Shown here piece after piece: positions 52,821-62,175 of a DNA stretch of 64,000 nucleotides; positions within the stretch are counted from its first letter, which is position 1; every line of letters begins with the position of its first letter. The position numbers were made by a program, and so were the translations under genes. The DNA is taken from the IMG/VR virus record IMGVR_UViG_3300012347_000364, positions 25,019 through 89,018 of that record, one strand, 5' to 3'. This stretch comes from a virus. Lineage: Duplodnaviria; Heunggongvirae; Uroviricota; Caudoviricetes. Below the pieces are notes generated by a model. It saw only the letters and a program-made list of their open reading frames with translations, ran no database searches and was not told the DNA's origin.

Positions 52821-53047
52821 TGAACCAATTCGATATTGATAGCAAGCGCTTGACGTTCGGAAAGTATAGAGGGCGTACTCCGGAAGAGATTGCAGAGTAT
52901 GACCCTTCATATATCGTGTGGATGTACGATACAATCGAGTTCAAGCATTGTACGAAAGATCTACGCGATATGTGCGAGATGGATGTGCGCGAGAGTGAAG
53001 ATGAATACTACTCTGATTTGCAGGGTGAGAATTGTGAGATGTGGTAA
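52820..53047 (+). CDS. hypothetical protein (75 aa)
   Basis: TAATG overlap. Confidence 0.35.
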   Translation: MNQFDIDSKRLTFGKYRGRTPEEIAEYDPSYIVWMYDTIEFKHCTKDLRDMCEMDVRESEDEYYSDLQGENCEMW

Positions 53048-53334
53048 TGAAACCAATGCAAGTAATCTACAAACTCACTAACACCACAACAGGTGAGTTC
53101 TACATTGGGCGCGCAAAATGTGCTCATGCTCGGATGTTAGCACACAGAGCTCGGAGCCGTCATGGTGCCCACGATCATCTTCCGCTGTACGCTAATATTA
53201 AAAAGTATGGCGAGCACACATTCATGTACCAGTTAGTAGAGTCTAAGCTGAGCTGGGAAGATGCTCTGGTACGTGAGCGACATTGGGTTCAGACACTAAA
53301 ACCGCAGTTGAATAGGATATTGATTAATGGCTAG
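53041..53334 (+). CDS. stand-alone GIY-YIG nuclease domain protein (97 aa)
   Basis: VIYKLTNTTTGEFYIGRA ... R..H ... Y...E..W (GIY-YIG core). Confidence 0.55.
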   Translation: MVMKPMQVIYKLTNTTTGEFYIGRAKCAHARMLAHRARSRHGAHDHLPLYANIKKYGEHTFMYQLVESKLSWEDALVRERHWVQTLKPQLNRILING

Positions 53335-53566
53335 AATTAGAGAAGGTTGTGATTGTGGATGTAACGATCCAGTTGCGCGCAATCCGAAAGACATGCTAGT
53401 ATTCCTGGCACGCCGTTTTGAACATGCAGGCGTTGCCGAAAGTGTGGCTAGCATTTATGCTTATGATATTAAATTGATTTTGAAAGAACATTATGGAATC
53501 GACCTCGACAGTGAAGCGCGGATTCAAGCGCAAGACAATCGAACAAACAATCCGCAACAAGATTAA
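53327..53566 (+). CDS. hypothetical protein (79 aa)
   Basis: ATG ORF; overlaps the next gene by 74 nt, so one of the two boundaries is uncertain. Confidence 0.3.
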   Translation: MARIREGCDCGCNDPVARNPKDMLVFLARRFEHAGVAESVASIYAYDIKLILKEHYGIDLDSEARIQAQDNRTNNPQQD

Positions 53567-54488
53567 GGGTTGGCTTGCGTCGATTGACGATATTGAGTTG
53601 CGCGATGAAGTCAGGAAGCATTACATCGTAACAGGTGGTGCAATCACCTCTATGTTGTTAGGTGACTTGCCGAACGACTACGATGTGTATTTGGATGATA
53701 CCGCTGTCGCTGCTCGCTTAGCAAACTATTACATCAGCCGTTTGCCTACGCCCGACAACGAATGTACTAAGACGCCTATCGTTACTGTGCCGCCAGAAGG
53801 CGGCCGCGTAGAGATCAAAGTCCAATCTGCTGGCGTTGCTGGTGAGGATATGGATCAGACGAAGTATGAATATTTCGAGCAGTATGCAGATGGTGCATCA
53901 AAGTCAGCATCATATTTGGATGCAATGGCTTCTCGTGACACTGGCAAATACAAAGCACTAGCAATTACTACGAACGCTATTACGCTGTCTGATAAGATCC
54001 AGATTGTACTGCGGTTTGTTGGTCCTGCAAATGAGATTCATAAGAACTATGATTTCGTTCACACCACAAATTACTTCACAGAAGACACTGGTGTTGTATT
54101 CAACGAAGCAGCACTCGAATCTATCCTTGCACGTGAGTTGAAGTATGTTGGTTCGTTGTATCCAATCTGTTCGATCTTCCGTATTAAGAAGTTCATCAAA
54201 CGTGGATGGACAATCACGGCTGGCGAAATGTTGAAAATCGCATACGACATTAGCAAGCTCGACCTTGACGATCCTACTGTATTACAGGAACAGCTGACTG
54301 GCGTCGATGCTGCATACTTCCGTCAAATTCTTGATTTAATTAGGCAAGAAGGTAAGCCAATCGACCGCACGTATTTGTTTGAGTTGGTTAACCGTATCTT
54401 TGACGAAGATTGGGAAGTAGAACAAGCGATCGTCGAAGCAAACACTTCCGTAGAAGTATCAACATCGCTAAGTGATTTATTCAAATAA
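53493..54488 (+). CDS. nucleotidyltransferase with CCA-adding-enzyme/poly(A)-polymerase head domain (331 aa)
   Basis: HYIVTGGAITSMLLGDLPNDYDVYL matches the class II CCA/PAP head motif (vYLVGGaVRDlLLGr...DiDi). Confidence 0.5.
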   Translation: MESTSTVKRGFKRKTIEQTIRNKIKGWLASIDDIELRDEVRKHYIVTGGAITSMLLGDLPNDYDVYLDDTAVAARLANYYISRLPTPDNECTKTPIVTVPPEGGRVEIKVQSAGVAGEDMDQTKYEYFEQYADGASKSASYLDAMASRDTGKYKALAITTNAITLSDKIQIVLRFVGPANEIHKNYDFVHTTNYFTEDTGVVFNEAALESILARELKYVGSLYPICSIFRIKKFIKRGWTITAGEMLKIAYDISKLDLDDPTVLQEQLTGVDAAYFRQILDLIRQEGKPIDRTYLFELVNRIFDEDWEVEQAIVEANTSVEVSTSLSDLFK

Positions 54489-54988
54489 TGAAAAAGATTT
54501 ATGTAGACATGGACGGAGTGCTTACCGATTTCGGTAAACGCTACAAGGAACTGTTTGGACGCACCCCTCGAGAAGTTATCCGCGAACAGAAGGAAAAGGG
54601 CGAGTATGGCAGACTGTGGAAGCAGTTCTGTGAAGACCGACATTTTGCCAACCTCGACAAGTATCCTGGTTGTGATGACTTGCTAGAAGCGTTGAGCAAA
54701 CTCAAAAATGTACAGATTGCTATTTTGACATCTTCTGGTGGATTTGATTACCATGGTATGGTACAATTGCAAAAGATCGAATGGTTGTGTAGTAATGGTA
54801 TTCCGTACCCTGCTATCATTGTTCCTGGTCGTCGGTTTAAAGCAGGGTACGCATCCAACGATAGCTTTATGATTGACGATACGCCAGACGTTATTGACAA
54901 CTTTCGGGCCAAGGGCGGCCATGGTGTTATCCATAAAGCTGATGCTAAGTGGGATACCTTTTATCAACTGGAGCAATTTCTAAAATGA
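54488..54988 (+). CDS. HAD-superfamily 5'(3')-deoxyribonucleotidase-like phosphatase
   Basis: N-terminal MKKIYVDMDGVLTDF (DxDG motif I); the 166-aa size fits the NT5C-type family. Confidence 0.55.
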   Translation: MKKIYVDMDGVLTDFGKRYKELFGRTPREVIREQKEKGEYGRLWKQFCEDRHFANLDKYPGCDDLLEALSKLKNVQIAILTSSGGFDYHGMVQLQKIEWLCSNGIPYPAIIVPGRRFKAGYASNDSFMIDDTPDVIDNFRAKGGHGVIHKADAKWDTFYQLEQFLK

Positions 54989-55218
54989 GCACATTAAAAT
55001 TATACACAGTCAAAGTATCATTTGATTTCGTGGTCGCTGCAAACGATGTACATGATGCATATCAGGTCGGCGCTGCTGAGGCAGCAGAAGCGTTCCGCGA
55101 CCTATCGGTTCGTGATATGGATATGGATGTAACGCCTGGAGCTACTGCATACAAGTGGGACGATGAATGCATCCCATATGGTGGTGATGGTAACACTCGT
55201 ACATCGGAGTACAAATAA
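54985..55218 (+). CDS. hypothetical acidic protein (77 aa)
   Basis: ATGA-coupled ATG 54985 (the track start is 54949). Confidence 0.35.
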   Translation: MSTLKLYTVKVSFDFVVAANDVHDAYQVGAAEAAEAFRDLSVRDMDMDVTPGATAYKWDDECIPYGGDGNTRTSEYK

Positions 55219-55463
55219 TGCGAATTATTGTTATCATTATGCTAGCGTTAGCATCTCTTGTGTTTGCTTCACCCTTCGCTCTACTGGTAATCGATGTGTG
55301 GTCGTGGCTGGTACTTGGGTCTGGCGTTACGCCCGTTGATTGGACTTTCATTGGGTCATATGACCACGTCGATCATGTTGGTAAGCCAATATTGGCGATG
55401 TTGTTTTTGGCACCAGCCTTTGTGACTGGCGCTGGTGCACTTGTACTGGTTGGTGACCTATGA
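55218..55463 (+). CDS. small membrane protein (81 aa; 2-3 TM)
   Basis: TAATG overlap; hydrophobic. Confidence 0.4.
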   Translation: MRIIVIIMLALASLVFASPFALLVIDVWSWLVLGSGVTPVDWTFIGSYDHVDHVGKPILAMLFLAPAFVTGAGALVLVGDL

Positions 55464-55840
55464 AAGTAATCATTGCAGGTGGCCGCGACATCGATAACTA
55501 CGACGCACTATTGAAAGCAATCGCCAACAGCAATTTCGAAATTACCGAAGTTGTATCTGGTGGAGCTCTTGGTGCTGATGCTCTTGGCGAGCGATATGCC
55601 AAAGAGAACAACATTAAACTGACAGTGTTTCCAGCATTGTGGAATATCCATGGCCGTGCTGCTGGTCCTATTCGCAATCGTGAGATGGCTGAATATGGTA
55701 ATGCGTTAATTGCATTATGGGATGGTAGCTCGCGTGGAACGAAGAATATGATTGATGAAGCGCGCAAGAACGACCTTGAAGTATACATTTACCTAACAAA
55801 GGATAAAGATGACGGACGAACAATCGATTCTCATTTATGA
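55460..55840 (+). CDS. SLOG-superfamily / DUF2493-like Rossmann protein (DprA/LOG-like)
   Basis: VVSGGALGADALGERYAKENNI ... HGRAAGPIRNREM ... ALWDGSSRGTK, the conserved pattern of the phage/plasmid DUF2493 (YspA-like SLOG) family. Confidence 0.5.
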   Translation: MKVIIAGGRDIDNYDALLKAIANSNFEITEVVSGGALGADALGERYAKENNIKLTVFPALWNIHGRAAGPIRNREMAEYGNALIALWDGSSRGTKNMIDEARKNDLEVYIYLTKDKDDGRTIDSHL

Positions 55841-55991
55841 GAAGATGCTAGAGATGTGGCCGCAATTGCCCAGCGCTGAGCATGAGCCAAAGCAGTTTGA
55901 ATTCTATATGAAGATGTTTCAATACTGTCATCCAGAAGAAGTAAACAAAATCTTAGGAAGACCAAATGAAGTTCCGCAAGAAGCCAGTTGA
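55809..55991 (+). CDS. hypothetical protein (60 aa)
   Basis: ATG ORF overlapping the upstream gene by 32 nt. Confidence 0.3.
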   Translation: MTDEQSILIYEKMLEMWPQLPSAEHEPKQFEFYMKMFQYCHPEEVNKILGRPNEVPQEAS

Positions 55992-56253
55992 GATTGAAGC
56001 AGTTCAGTTTGTATATTCTGATGAAGGGATTGCTGCTCTAAAACAATTTGCTGGCAATGCCATCGGTACAATCTCCAAAGCTCGACACATCAACGCGAAG
56101 GGTGAAGCAGAGATTGGTACACTGGAAGACGGTATGCATCTAACCGTCAAACATATTGCTACTGAGGGCGATTGGATCATTAAAGGAGTACAAGGTGAAT
56201 TCTACGCCTGCAAACCAGACATCTTTGAAGCAACATATGAACGTGTGCTATAA
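55966..56253 (+). CDS. hypothetical protein (95 aa)
   Basis: Tiled ORF. Confidence 0.4.
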   Translation: MKFRKKPVEIEAVQFVYSDEGIAALKQFAGNAIGTISKARHINAKGEAEIGTLEDGMHLTVKHIATEGDWIIKGVQGEFYACKPDIFEATYERVL

Positions 56254-56479
56254 AGGCTGGAGCGATCTAGACGCTAATCGCTCCGGTCGATGTTGCTGTA
56301 ATTGTGTTAACCAGGTTGCAATATACAGACATCCGTGGAACACTATGGTTGGTGGACGAATGAAAGGTCCCGTCACTCAAATTGCTGGGTGGGGATGTAA
56401 AGCAATGGAAAATGGTGGTCTCATCTTTATGGAAGATGAACACAGTATGTGCGAAGTGCACGAATGGAAAAAAGCATGA
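56237..56479 (+). CDS. hypothetical Cys-rich protein (80 aa)
   Basis: ATG 56237; RCCCNCVN..C..C cluster. Confidence 0.35.
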   Translation: MNVCYKGWSDLDANRSGRCCCNCVNQVAIYRHPWNTMVGGRMKGPVTQIAGWGCKAMENGGLIFMEDEHSMCEVHEWKKA

Positions 56480-56688
56480 GTTGGTCTAGTGGATCAGAAG
56501 TAGCCCGTGAAATCATCGTTGTCGTTAAAAAGAACGTAAAGGACGATAAAGTCCGTACAAAGATATACGAGAAGTTGATTGATATCTTTGAAGATCAGGA
56601 CTGTGATACAATGTATGAATGCATTGGTGTTGACAAAGTTTACGATCGATTGTATAATGAATTATATCCTAACGACGATGAAGAGTAA
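56476..56688 (+). CDS. hypothetical protein (70 aa)
   Basis: ATGA-coupled ATG 56476 (the track start is GTG 56449). Confidence 0.35.
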   Translation: MSWSSGSEVAREIIVVVKKNVKDDKVRTKIYEKLIDIFEDQDCDTMYECIGVDKVYDRLYNELYPNDDEE

Positions 56689-56690
56689 AA

Positions 56691-57083
56691 ATGGGAATGA
56701 TTTTAGTGAGAGGTTTACCGGGATCTGGTAAGTCGACTTTGGCAAAGACGTTGATTGGTTTCTACATGCACGTAGAGACTGATAAGTTTTGGGGTCCAGA
56801 ATACAATTTCGATATGAGCCGCCTCGGCGAAGCACATGCGTGGTGCTTGTCCGAAACTCGTCGTCTATTAGCTGCTGGCTTCAGTCCAGTAGTATCCAAC
56901 ACTTTCACTACAAAGAAAGAGCTCGCGCCATACTTTGCATTGGCCAAAGAGTTTGATGTTGTTCCACAAGTCGTGTTGTGTCAGGGCAACTTCAAGAACG
57001 TCCACAACGTTCCTGAAGAAGTCTTATTCAAGATGAACGCACGTTTTGAATACAACATCGATGAATTGTGGGCCACGCTTTGA
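56691..57083 (+). CDS. P-loop kinase, polynucleotide-kinase-like (kinase domain only)
   Basis: MGMILVRGLPGSGKSTLAKTL parallels the T4 Pnk N-terminus [22 protein letters not shown]; 130 aa, no phosphatase domain. Confidence 0.5.
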   Translation: MGMILVRGLPGSGKSTLAKTLIGFYMHVETDKFWGPEYNFDMSRLGEAHAWCLSETRRLLAAGFSPVVSNTFTTKKELAPYFALAKEFDVVPQVVLCQGNFKNVHNVPEEVLFKMNARFEYNIDELWATL

Positions 57084-57391
57084 AGTACTACTACTATCCT
57101 CACGTCTGGCCAAGCAGCGACGTTTCTAACTTATCACGTGAGCGTTGTTATGAGATTGAGTATGGACGTGTTGAGATCGATCCAACAGATGAGTGGGAAT
57201 ATGAGATGTTGGCAGAAAAATGCGCTGACGATTATCGTAGTAACCATGATGGTTGGGAACATGAGTCGTGGGTAAACGATTCGTTGCCTTTCATTTTGTA
57301 TGATAGTAAAATGAATCTCATCGGTACATTTGATGTGTATCTGGAATATGAGCCATCATTCAATGCAACAAGGAAAAAGAATGAAAAGTAA
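57068..57391 (+). CDS. hypothetical acidic Trp-rich protein (107 aa)
   Basis: Tiled ORF. Confidence 0.4.
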   Translation: MGHALKYYYYPHVWPSSDVSNLSRERCYEIEYGRVEIDPTDEWEYEMLAEKCADDYRSNHDGWEHESWVNDSLPFILYDSKMNLIGTFDVYLEYEPSFNATRKKNEK

Positions 57392-57602
57392 ATTGATTGG
57401 TTTATGGAAGGCAATATCGATCCAGCTAAAGTGGTGGATGTTATTGCTAATCCAGGTGTGGACGTGGCCACAATTCTACGATAGCCTAATGCCGCCAAAC
57501 ATCGCCATTCCGTTATTCTTTACTACTGTCGCAGCGTTAATATTCAATGTAGTTAAGCTCGTCAACTCATATGACGAGCCTACGAATCATCGCAATTACT
57601 AA
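57381..57602 (+). CDS. small 2-TM membrane protein (73 aa)
   Basis: AAGGAAAAAG RBS plus ATG 57381 (the track start 57330 overlaps the upstream gene). Confidence 0.4.
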   Translation: MKSKLIGLWKAISIQLKWWMLLLIQVWTWPQFYDSLMPPNIAIPLFFTTVAALIFNVVKLVNSYDEPTNHRNY

Positions 57603-57604
57603 CA

Positions 57605-57970
57605 ATGAAACCATATCTCCATGGAAGAATCCACGCAAAAAAGTATGGGGGAGTGCCAGAAGACTATGCAGACATCGACGACTTCATCGACAGCTCCAAA
57701 GCAGCCGTACCTGACATCCGACACAGGGCAATATTACACTCTGCGTTCGGGTGCTTCATCGTCGAAAGAACTTTTGGTCGTACACGCATCAACTCGGACG
57801 GGAAAGAGTATTCTCCAAGAGATGTGGCAGAAGACCACATCCAGCAAGATTTAGGATTCATTCCTACAATGGAGCAGTATCTCAACAACATGACTATCCA
57901 GCCGTGGATGTCAGGAACAGAGAAGAAGAACAACCGTGCCAAGCAAAAACACATCCCCCTGGTGGATTAA
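57605..57970 (+). CDS. hypothetical protein (121 aa)
   Basis: ATG 2 nt after the upstream stop. Confidence 0.4.
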   Translation: MKPYLHGRIHAKKYGGVPEDYADIDDFIDSSKAAVPDIRHRAILHSAFGCFIVERTFGRTRINSDGKEYSPRDVAEDHIQQDLGFIPTMEQYLNNMTIQPWMSGTEKKNNRAKQKHIPLVD

Positions 57971-58063
57971 AATTATCGATAGCCACTTTTGGTATCCGGT
58001 CGCGCTATTCAACGTTTGTCTGATTGCGTTTGGTGTTGGGTTGGCAATAGGAATGTTTATATT

Positions 58064-58333
58064 ATGAAGAATCGTTTAAACGCGTTTATTGCGTGTACAA
58101 TTGTATTGGGTGTACTGGTTGGTTGTGATGGTGGAACACTTAATAGCGAAGGGTATAAAGCATCTACGCCCGAGTGGCAAAGTGCTGCCGAAAAGTACTC
58201 TTGCACTACTGATCAAATGAATAAAGTAGAGACGGAACACAAATTCTGTAAAGAGAATACGTCGTATTTTAGTTCATACTGTTATGGCAGCGCAATCATG
58301 CGCAATTGTAAAAAGAAAGAAGATGTAAAATGA
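58064..58333 (+). CDS. lipoprotein (89 aa)
   Basis: MKNRLNAFIACTIVLGVLVG|C lipobox; five further Cys; the track start is an upstream GTG. Confidence 0.45.
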   Translation: MKNRLNAFIACTIVLGVLVGCDGGTLNSEGYKASTPEWQSAAEKYSCTTDQMNKVETEHKFCKENTSYFSSYCYGSAIMRNCKKKEDVK

Positions 58334-58683
58334 TGTCGTTTATTAAGCGCTTGTTCTACACACCTCCAACTAGTGCAGCATACTACGGATTGCTGGACGA
58401 TTACAATACGCTTGTGAGGCTTGCACGTAGATGCGCGTATGATCTGCGGCATACGGTAGATGCAATCCCACAAGACCATTTTATGATTGCGAGGCTTCGT
58501 ATGAACGAAGCAGCCAACTATTGGACATCATTATTTGCCAAGGGTAATCCTGGAAAAGATTACCGCTTGAAAATGCATTCCGAGATCGAAGATCTCCGAA
58601 AACGAAACGATAAGCTGCTTAAGCTATGTCGAGACAATAACGTCGACGTTACCTCCGTGATCGGGGCTGATATTCCTTTTTAA
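58330..58683 (+). CDS. hypothetical protein (117 aa)
   Basis: 4-nt overlap with the upstream gene. Confidence 0.4.
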   Translation: MMSFIKRLFYTPPTSAAYYGLLDDYNTLVRLARRCAYDLRHTVDAIPQDHFMIARLRMNEAANYWTSLFAKGNPGKDYRLKMHSEIEDLRKRNDKLLKLCRDNNVDVTSVIGADIPF

Positions 58684-58698
58684 TGAAAGACTAAAACC

Positions 58699-59205
58699 AT
58701 GAGCGATTTGATGAATGAATTTGATGCATTGTTGGATGAGCAACGTGCTATTAAGGCGACTTTTCAAAGTAAAGCCCAAGAGTTGTTTAAGAAGACGACT
58801 GCCGAGATATTCGAGAAAGTACCACAACTGAATGCTATTCGTTGGACACAGTATACACCATACTTTAATGACGGTGATACATGCGAGTTTAGTGTTGGCG
58901 ATCCCTACTTCACAAACGCTGAAGGTGATGAGCTGGAAGATCTAACATCGTATGGTGAGTATGACGGTGAAGGAGATCATATTTGGTGCGCTGAAACATA
59001 CACACTTCGTAGTGACTCATCATACAGCCAAAGCACACGCGATTTAGCAGCCCTCACACACCCACAGTTGATTGCTTTGGAAAAGTTTGCTGTGTTGATT
59101 CAATCTGAGGAGATGCAAGACGTCATGTTGGCAATGTTTGATGATCATGTTTGTGTAACTGCAACACGTGATGGCTTCGATGTAGACGAATACTCGCATG
59201 ACTAA
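58699..59205 (+). CDS. hypothetical acidic protein (168 aa)
   Basis: Tiled ORF. Confidence 0.4.
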   Translation: MSDLMNEFDALLDEQRAIKATFQSKAQELFKKTTAEIFEKVPQLNAIRWTQYTPYFNDGDTCEFSVGDPYFTNAEGDELEDLTSYGEYDGEGDHIWCAETYTLRSDSSYSQSTRDLAALTHPQLIALEKFAVLIQSEEMQDVMLAMFDDHVCVTATRDGFDVDEYSHD

Positions 59206-59887
59206 AATGTTTACGTGGTCCGAGTATACGCACTGGCACCTCAAACTTCGCTGGCCATCTGATGGTTGGGATGAGACACGTGTAGTATTCAATCTTGGAC
59301 TCTGGCACTTGTTTGTACAGATTCCGTTGTGGAAGACTACGCCATGGGCAGAATGGGGGCACGAGGCCCCACAATATGGTATTGCCTACCATAACGATAC
59401 GTTCTGGATCTATCATGGTGCAGACAAGTGGTGGACGTTTGATATGCCATGGCAGTGGACTATTGTAAGGCACGATCTCCTACTTCCGAACGGTGATCTA
59501 TACCACCGAAACAAATACCCACAGTTCGGACGAGGTCGTGGCGTTAAAACGCGCAGCTGGTATGATGTATTTGAAAGCGACCCAGGTGATGTCCAAATTA
59601 AAGTTGCCGACTACGTTGCCCTAAAGCATAAAGTAAGCGATAATATAATCCAAGAAGCAGTGATTCGCCTCTGTGGTGAAGAACGCGAATGGCGTTGGAA
59701 ATGGTTTACTTGGTTTCCGTTCTTTGGTATGATACAACGAACTATTAATTGTGAGTCTCCTATCGAACTTGGCTCTAAAGCTGGTTCATGGAAGGGCGGC
59801 ATGATGGGTTGGGGTACTGACTGGAAGCATGATGAGACTATGGAGCAAGCATTCTGGCGTTGGTATAAAACATGGGACGGAACATAA
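59198..59887 (+). CDS. hypothetical Trp-rich protein (229 aa)
   Basis: Unusually Trp-rich (about 10% W). Confidence 0.4.
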   Translation: MTKMFTWSEYTHWHLKLRWPSDGWDETRVVFNLGLWHLFVQIPLWKTTPWAEWGHEAPQYGIAYHNDTFWIYHGADKWWTFDMPWQWTIVRHDLLLPNGDLYHRNKYPQFGRGRGVKTRSWYDVFESDPGDVQIKVADYVALKHKVSDNIIQEAVIRLCGEEREWRWKWFTWFPFFGMIQRTINCESPIELGSKAGSWKGGMMGWGTDWKHDETMEQAFWRWYKTWDGT

Positions 59888-59896
59888 GGTGATGTT

Positions 59897-60406
59897 GTGA
59901 CAGCATATGAAATGATTTCTGAGTTCTACGGCTTGCGTCAGGCCAAGCGTAGTGGTGTTCCGCTAATCAATCACATCGATGAGGGTATTAAGATCCTCCG
60001 TTGGTTGGGTGCTAGCGTGGATACTATGGAAGCATTTTGCCTACATCCGATGTTGCAAAGCGATGAAGAGCTCAACGCAAACTGGAAAGATGTTGCTATT
60101 GAGTTTGCTGATCAAGGCGAAGTGTTGATGTACGCTATGGAGTATCGCAACGTCGCTAACGCATTCCTTAGCGATAAAGTAATGACTATGGTTACCGATA
60201 ACATCCGTTTAAGTCCGGTAATGCCCGTTAATTTGATGCTAATTGCCGATAAAATCCAGAATCGTAAAGATTTTGAATTGTATCATAAAAGCACACATCC
60301 ACGTAGTACACAGCTAGATGTATACTTCAAGATGTGGTTGAAGCGACTCAATGTCGATGAAATCGCATACCAAGACTATGTTCAACGTCTAAAGGAAAGT
60401 ACATGA
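59897..60406 (+). CDS. hypothetical protein (169 aa; GTG start)
   Basis: Long ORF with a GTG start. Confidence 0.35.
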   Translation: MTAYEMISEFYGLRQAKRSGVPLINHIDEGIKILRWLGASVDTMEAFCLHPMLQSDEELNANWKDVAIEFADQGEVLMYAMEYRNVANAFLSDKVMTMVTDNIRLSPVMPVNLMLIADKIQNRKDFELYHKSTHPRSTQLDVYFKMWLKRLNVDEIAYQDYVQRLKEST

Positions 60407-60768
60407 ACGATACTTTAATTCTAATCACGCTGCTGTTTGTTAAGCACTTCATTGTCGACTTTCCATTGCAAAAGCCATTCCAGTGGCAGAACAAAGGAAC
60501 ATATGGTCATTTCGGTGGTATCTTACATGCAGCATTGCATGGCTTAGGTACTGCCCTATGCTTCTGGTGGTATGCACCGCTTGCATGCGTCGTTCTTGGA
60601 TTTACCGACATGACGTTGCATTATCATATCGATTGGCTTAAAATGAAACTCAATCAGAAGTTTGGGTGGAAGCCAGATCAACATGAAGCATTCTGGACCT
60701 TGTTGGGATTGGATCAATTACTACACGCATTGACATACGTGTTGTTAGTTTCTATGGTTGTTAATTGA
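60403..60768 (+). CDS. polytopic membrane protein (121 aa)
   Basis: 3-4 TM helices; His-rich loops. Confidence 0.4.
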   Translation: MNDTLILITLLFVKHFIVDFPLQKPFQWQNKGTYGHFGGILHAALHGLGTALCFWWYAPLACVVLGFTDMTLHYHIDWLKMKLNQKFGWKPDQHEAFWTLLGLDQLLHALTYVLLVSMVVN

Positions 60769-60778
60769 GGATTATATT

Positions 60779-61174
60779 ATGAGTAAGTCAAAGCGCATTG
60801 TCGCACCATTCACTAATAAATTTGGCCAGACTATCCAGCCTGGCGAGGATGTGTTTGCTATTACCACGTGTACGGGTATTGTGTCTATCAATCAAGCGAA
60901 GTATGTTGGGTATGTCGAGCGTCAGAGTTATGACTGGGATACTAAAACATACGGGCTGGAGAAGTTTGCGCAGATCAGCACACCATGTACCAAGAATGTT
61001 TACTACAAGAAGGGTACGACAGAACCGTTTGTGTGGGGATTCTATAATTCCGGCATTCCTGGCACAGATCAATTCGACCGCGTTGAAGTTCCGTTCGATC
61101 AAATCAGTACGCTGCAATATAATCGCATCATTCCAACGACAGCATCCTTAAATGATATGGCCTCTATCCTATGA
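60779..61174 (+). CDS. hypothetical protein (131 aa)
   Basis: GAGGA RBS plus ATG 60779. Confidence 0.4.
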   Translation: MSKSKRIVAPFTNKFGQTIQPGEDVFAITTCTGIVSINQAKYVGYVERQSYDWDTKTYGLEKFAQISTPCTKNVYYKKGTTEPFVWGFYNSGIPGTDQFDRVEVPFDQISTLQYNRIIPTTASLNDMASIL

Positions 61175-61371
61175 AGACGATATTCAGAGATCGCACAGTC
61201 ATTGAGAAGATGGACTACGAGCTAGCAGGCGATCGCCCAATATCGCATTTTATATTAACGGCTGCTGAAATACACGAGTTCATCGGAACAGGTGACCGCG
61301 CGCGGCTTTTTAACAACAACAACGTATACTATGAGTACAAAGGTATCCCAGTATATCAGGAGAGAACATGA
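61171..61371 (+). CDS. hypothetical protein (66 aa)
   Basis: 4-nt overlap with the upstream gene. Confidence 0.35.
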   Translation: MKTIFRDRTVIEKMDYELAGDRPISHFILTAAEIHEFIGTGDRARLFNNNNVYYEYKGIPVYQERT

Positions 61372-61781
61372 AAGAAGTAACACTTAGCCGTTCGTGGCAT
61401 CTATGGTTATCTAACTTTGGTACTACACGAATTCGACCAGAATATGGTACAGACATTTGTGAATATACACGTGCCGTTATTGCTGGAGCATTCTGGGCTG
61501 TCGTTGCGATAGTTGCTTTAGTTGCTAGCACAATGTGGTTAGGATTCTCGTTGTATAACCTTGGCGATATTTTGCTAAATGGTGCAGGGATGGAGATCTA
61601 CACGTTTGGATTGTTGATCGTGTGTGGTTTTGTCGTTGTGTTAGTTAGCATTGCTCTTGCTGTTGAGTGGTTGACGTCACGTCCCAAGAAAGATAAACCA
61701 CAGAAGCCACCAACGTTTGCTGCTGTAGCATATCACAAATTCAAAAGCAAGACTTGTTTCAAAATCAACTTCGCTCGATAA
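61368..61781 (+). CDS. membrane protein (137 aa; 3 TM)
   Basis: Hydrophobic helices. Confidence 0.4.
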   Translation: MKEVTLSRSWHLWLSNFGTTRIRPEYGTDICEYTRAVIAGAFWAVVAIVALVASTMWLGFSLYNLGDILLNGAGMEIYTFGLLIVCGFVVVLVSIALAVEWLTSRPKKDKPQKPPTFAAVAYHKFKSKTCFKINFAR

Positions 61782-61782
61782 T

Positions 61783-62175
61783 ATGTTTGATACAGTATAT
61801 GTCAACAGACACTTCAATGCTTCAACTTTGACTGCGACAGTGACTGAGAAGAGAGCACCGACCGATGAATCAGTTCGCTTGTTGCGCGAGATGGAGCAAG
61901 CAGCACGCGACAAGATAATCAAGTCTATTGAGCTTGAGTCCAACACCGTCTCAGGTCGAGTGTTTGTGATGAAGGACTACTTGTCTGGCATGAATAACTT
62001 TGCTGTAGTGATGGATATCAATGGCAAACGAGTAGAGATCAAAACATCTACCAATGAGTATTCATCGCGTGAAGCGCAGATCCGTCAGGTGTACACCAGC
62101 ATTGCAGAACAGCTCACGAACGTGATCATGCCTGACCTCGTTAAGATGGGAATTAATGAAGGGATGTTTAAGTAA
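61783..62175 (+). CDS. hypothetical protein (130 aa)
   Basis: Tiled ORF. Confidence 0.4.
   Translation: MFDTVYVNRHFNASTLTATVTEKRAPTDESVRLLREMEQAARDKIIKSIELESNTVSGRVFVMKDYLSGMNNFAVVMDINGKRVEIKTSTNEYSSREAQIRQVYTSIAEQLTNVIMPDLVKMGINEGMFK

Noticed and set aside
53493-54488. CD-NTase (cGAS/DncV-like) identity for the nucleotidyltransferase
   Set aside because: The G[GS]-x-(D/E)x(D/E) motif fits Pol-beta NTases in general, but the extended YIVTGGAITSMLLG..DYDVYL context matches the CCA-adding/poly(A)-polymerase head domain better than CD-NTase cores. It remains unverified without a profile search.
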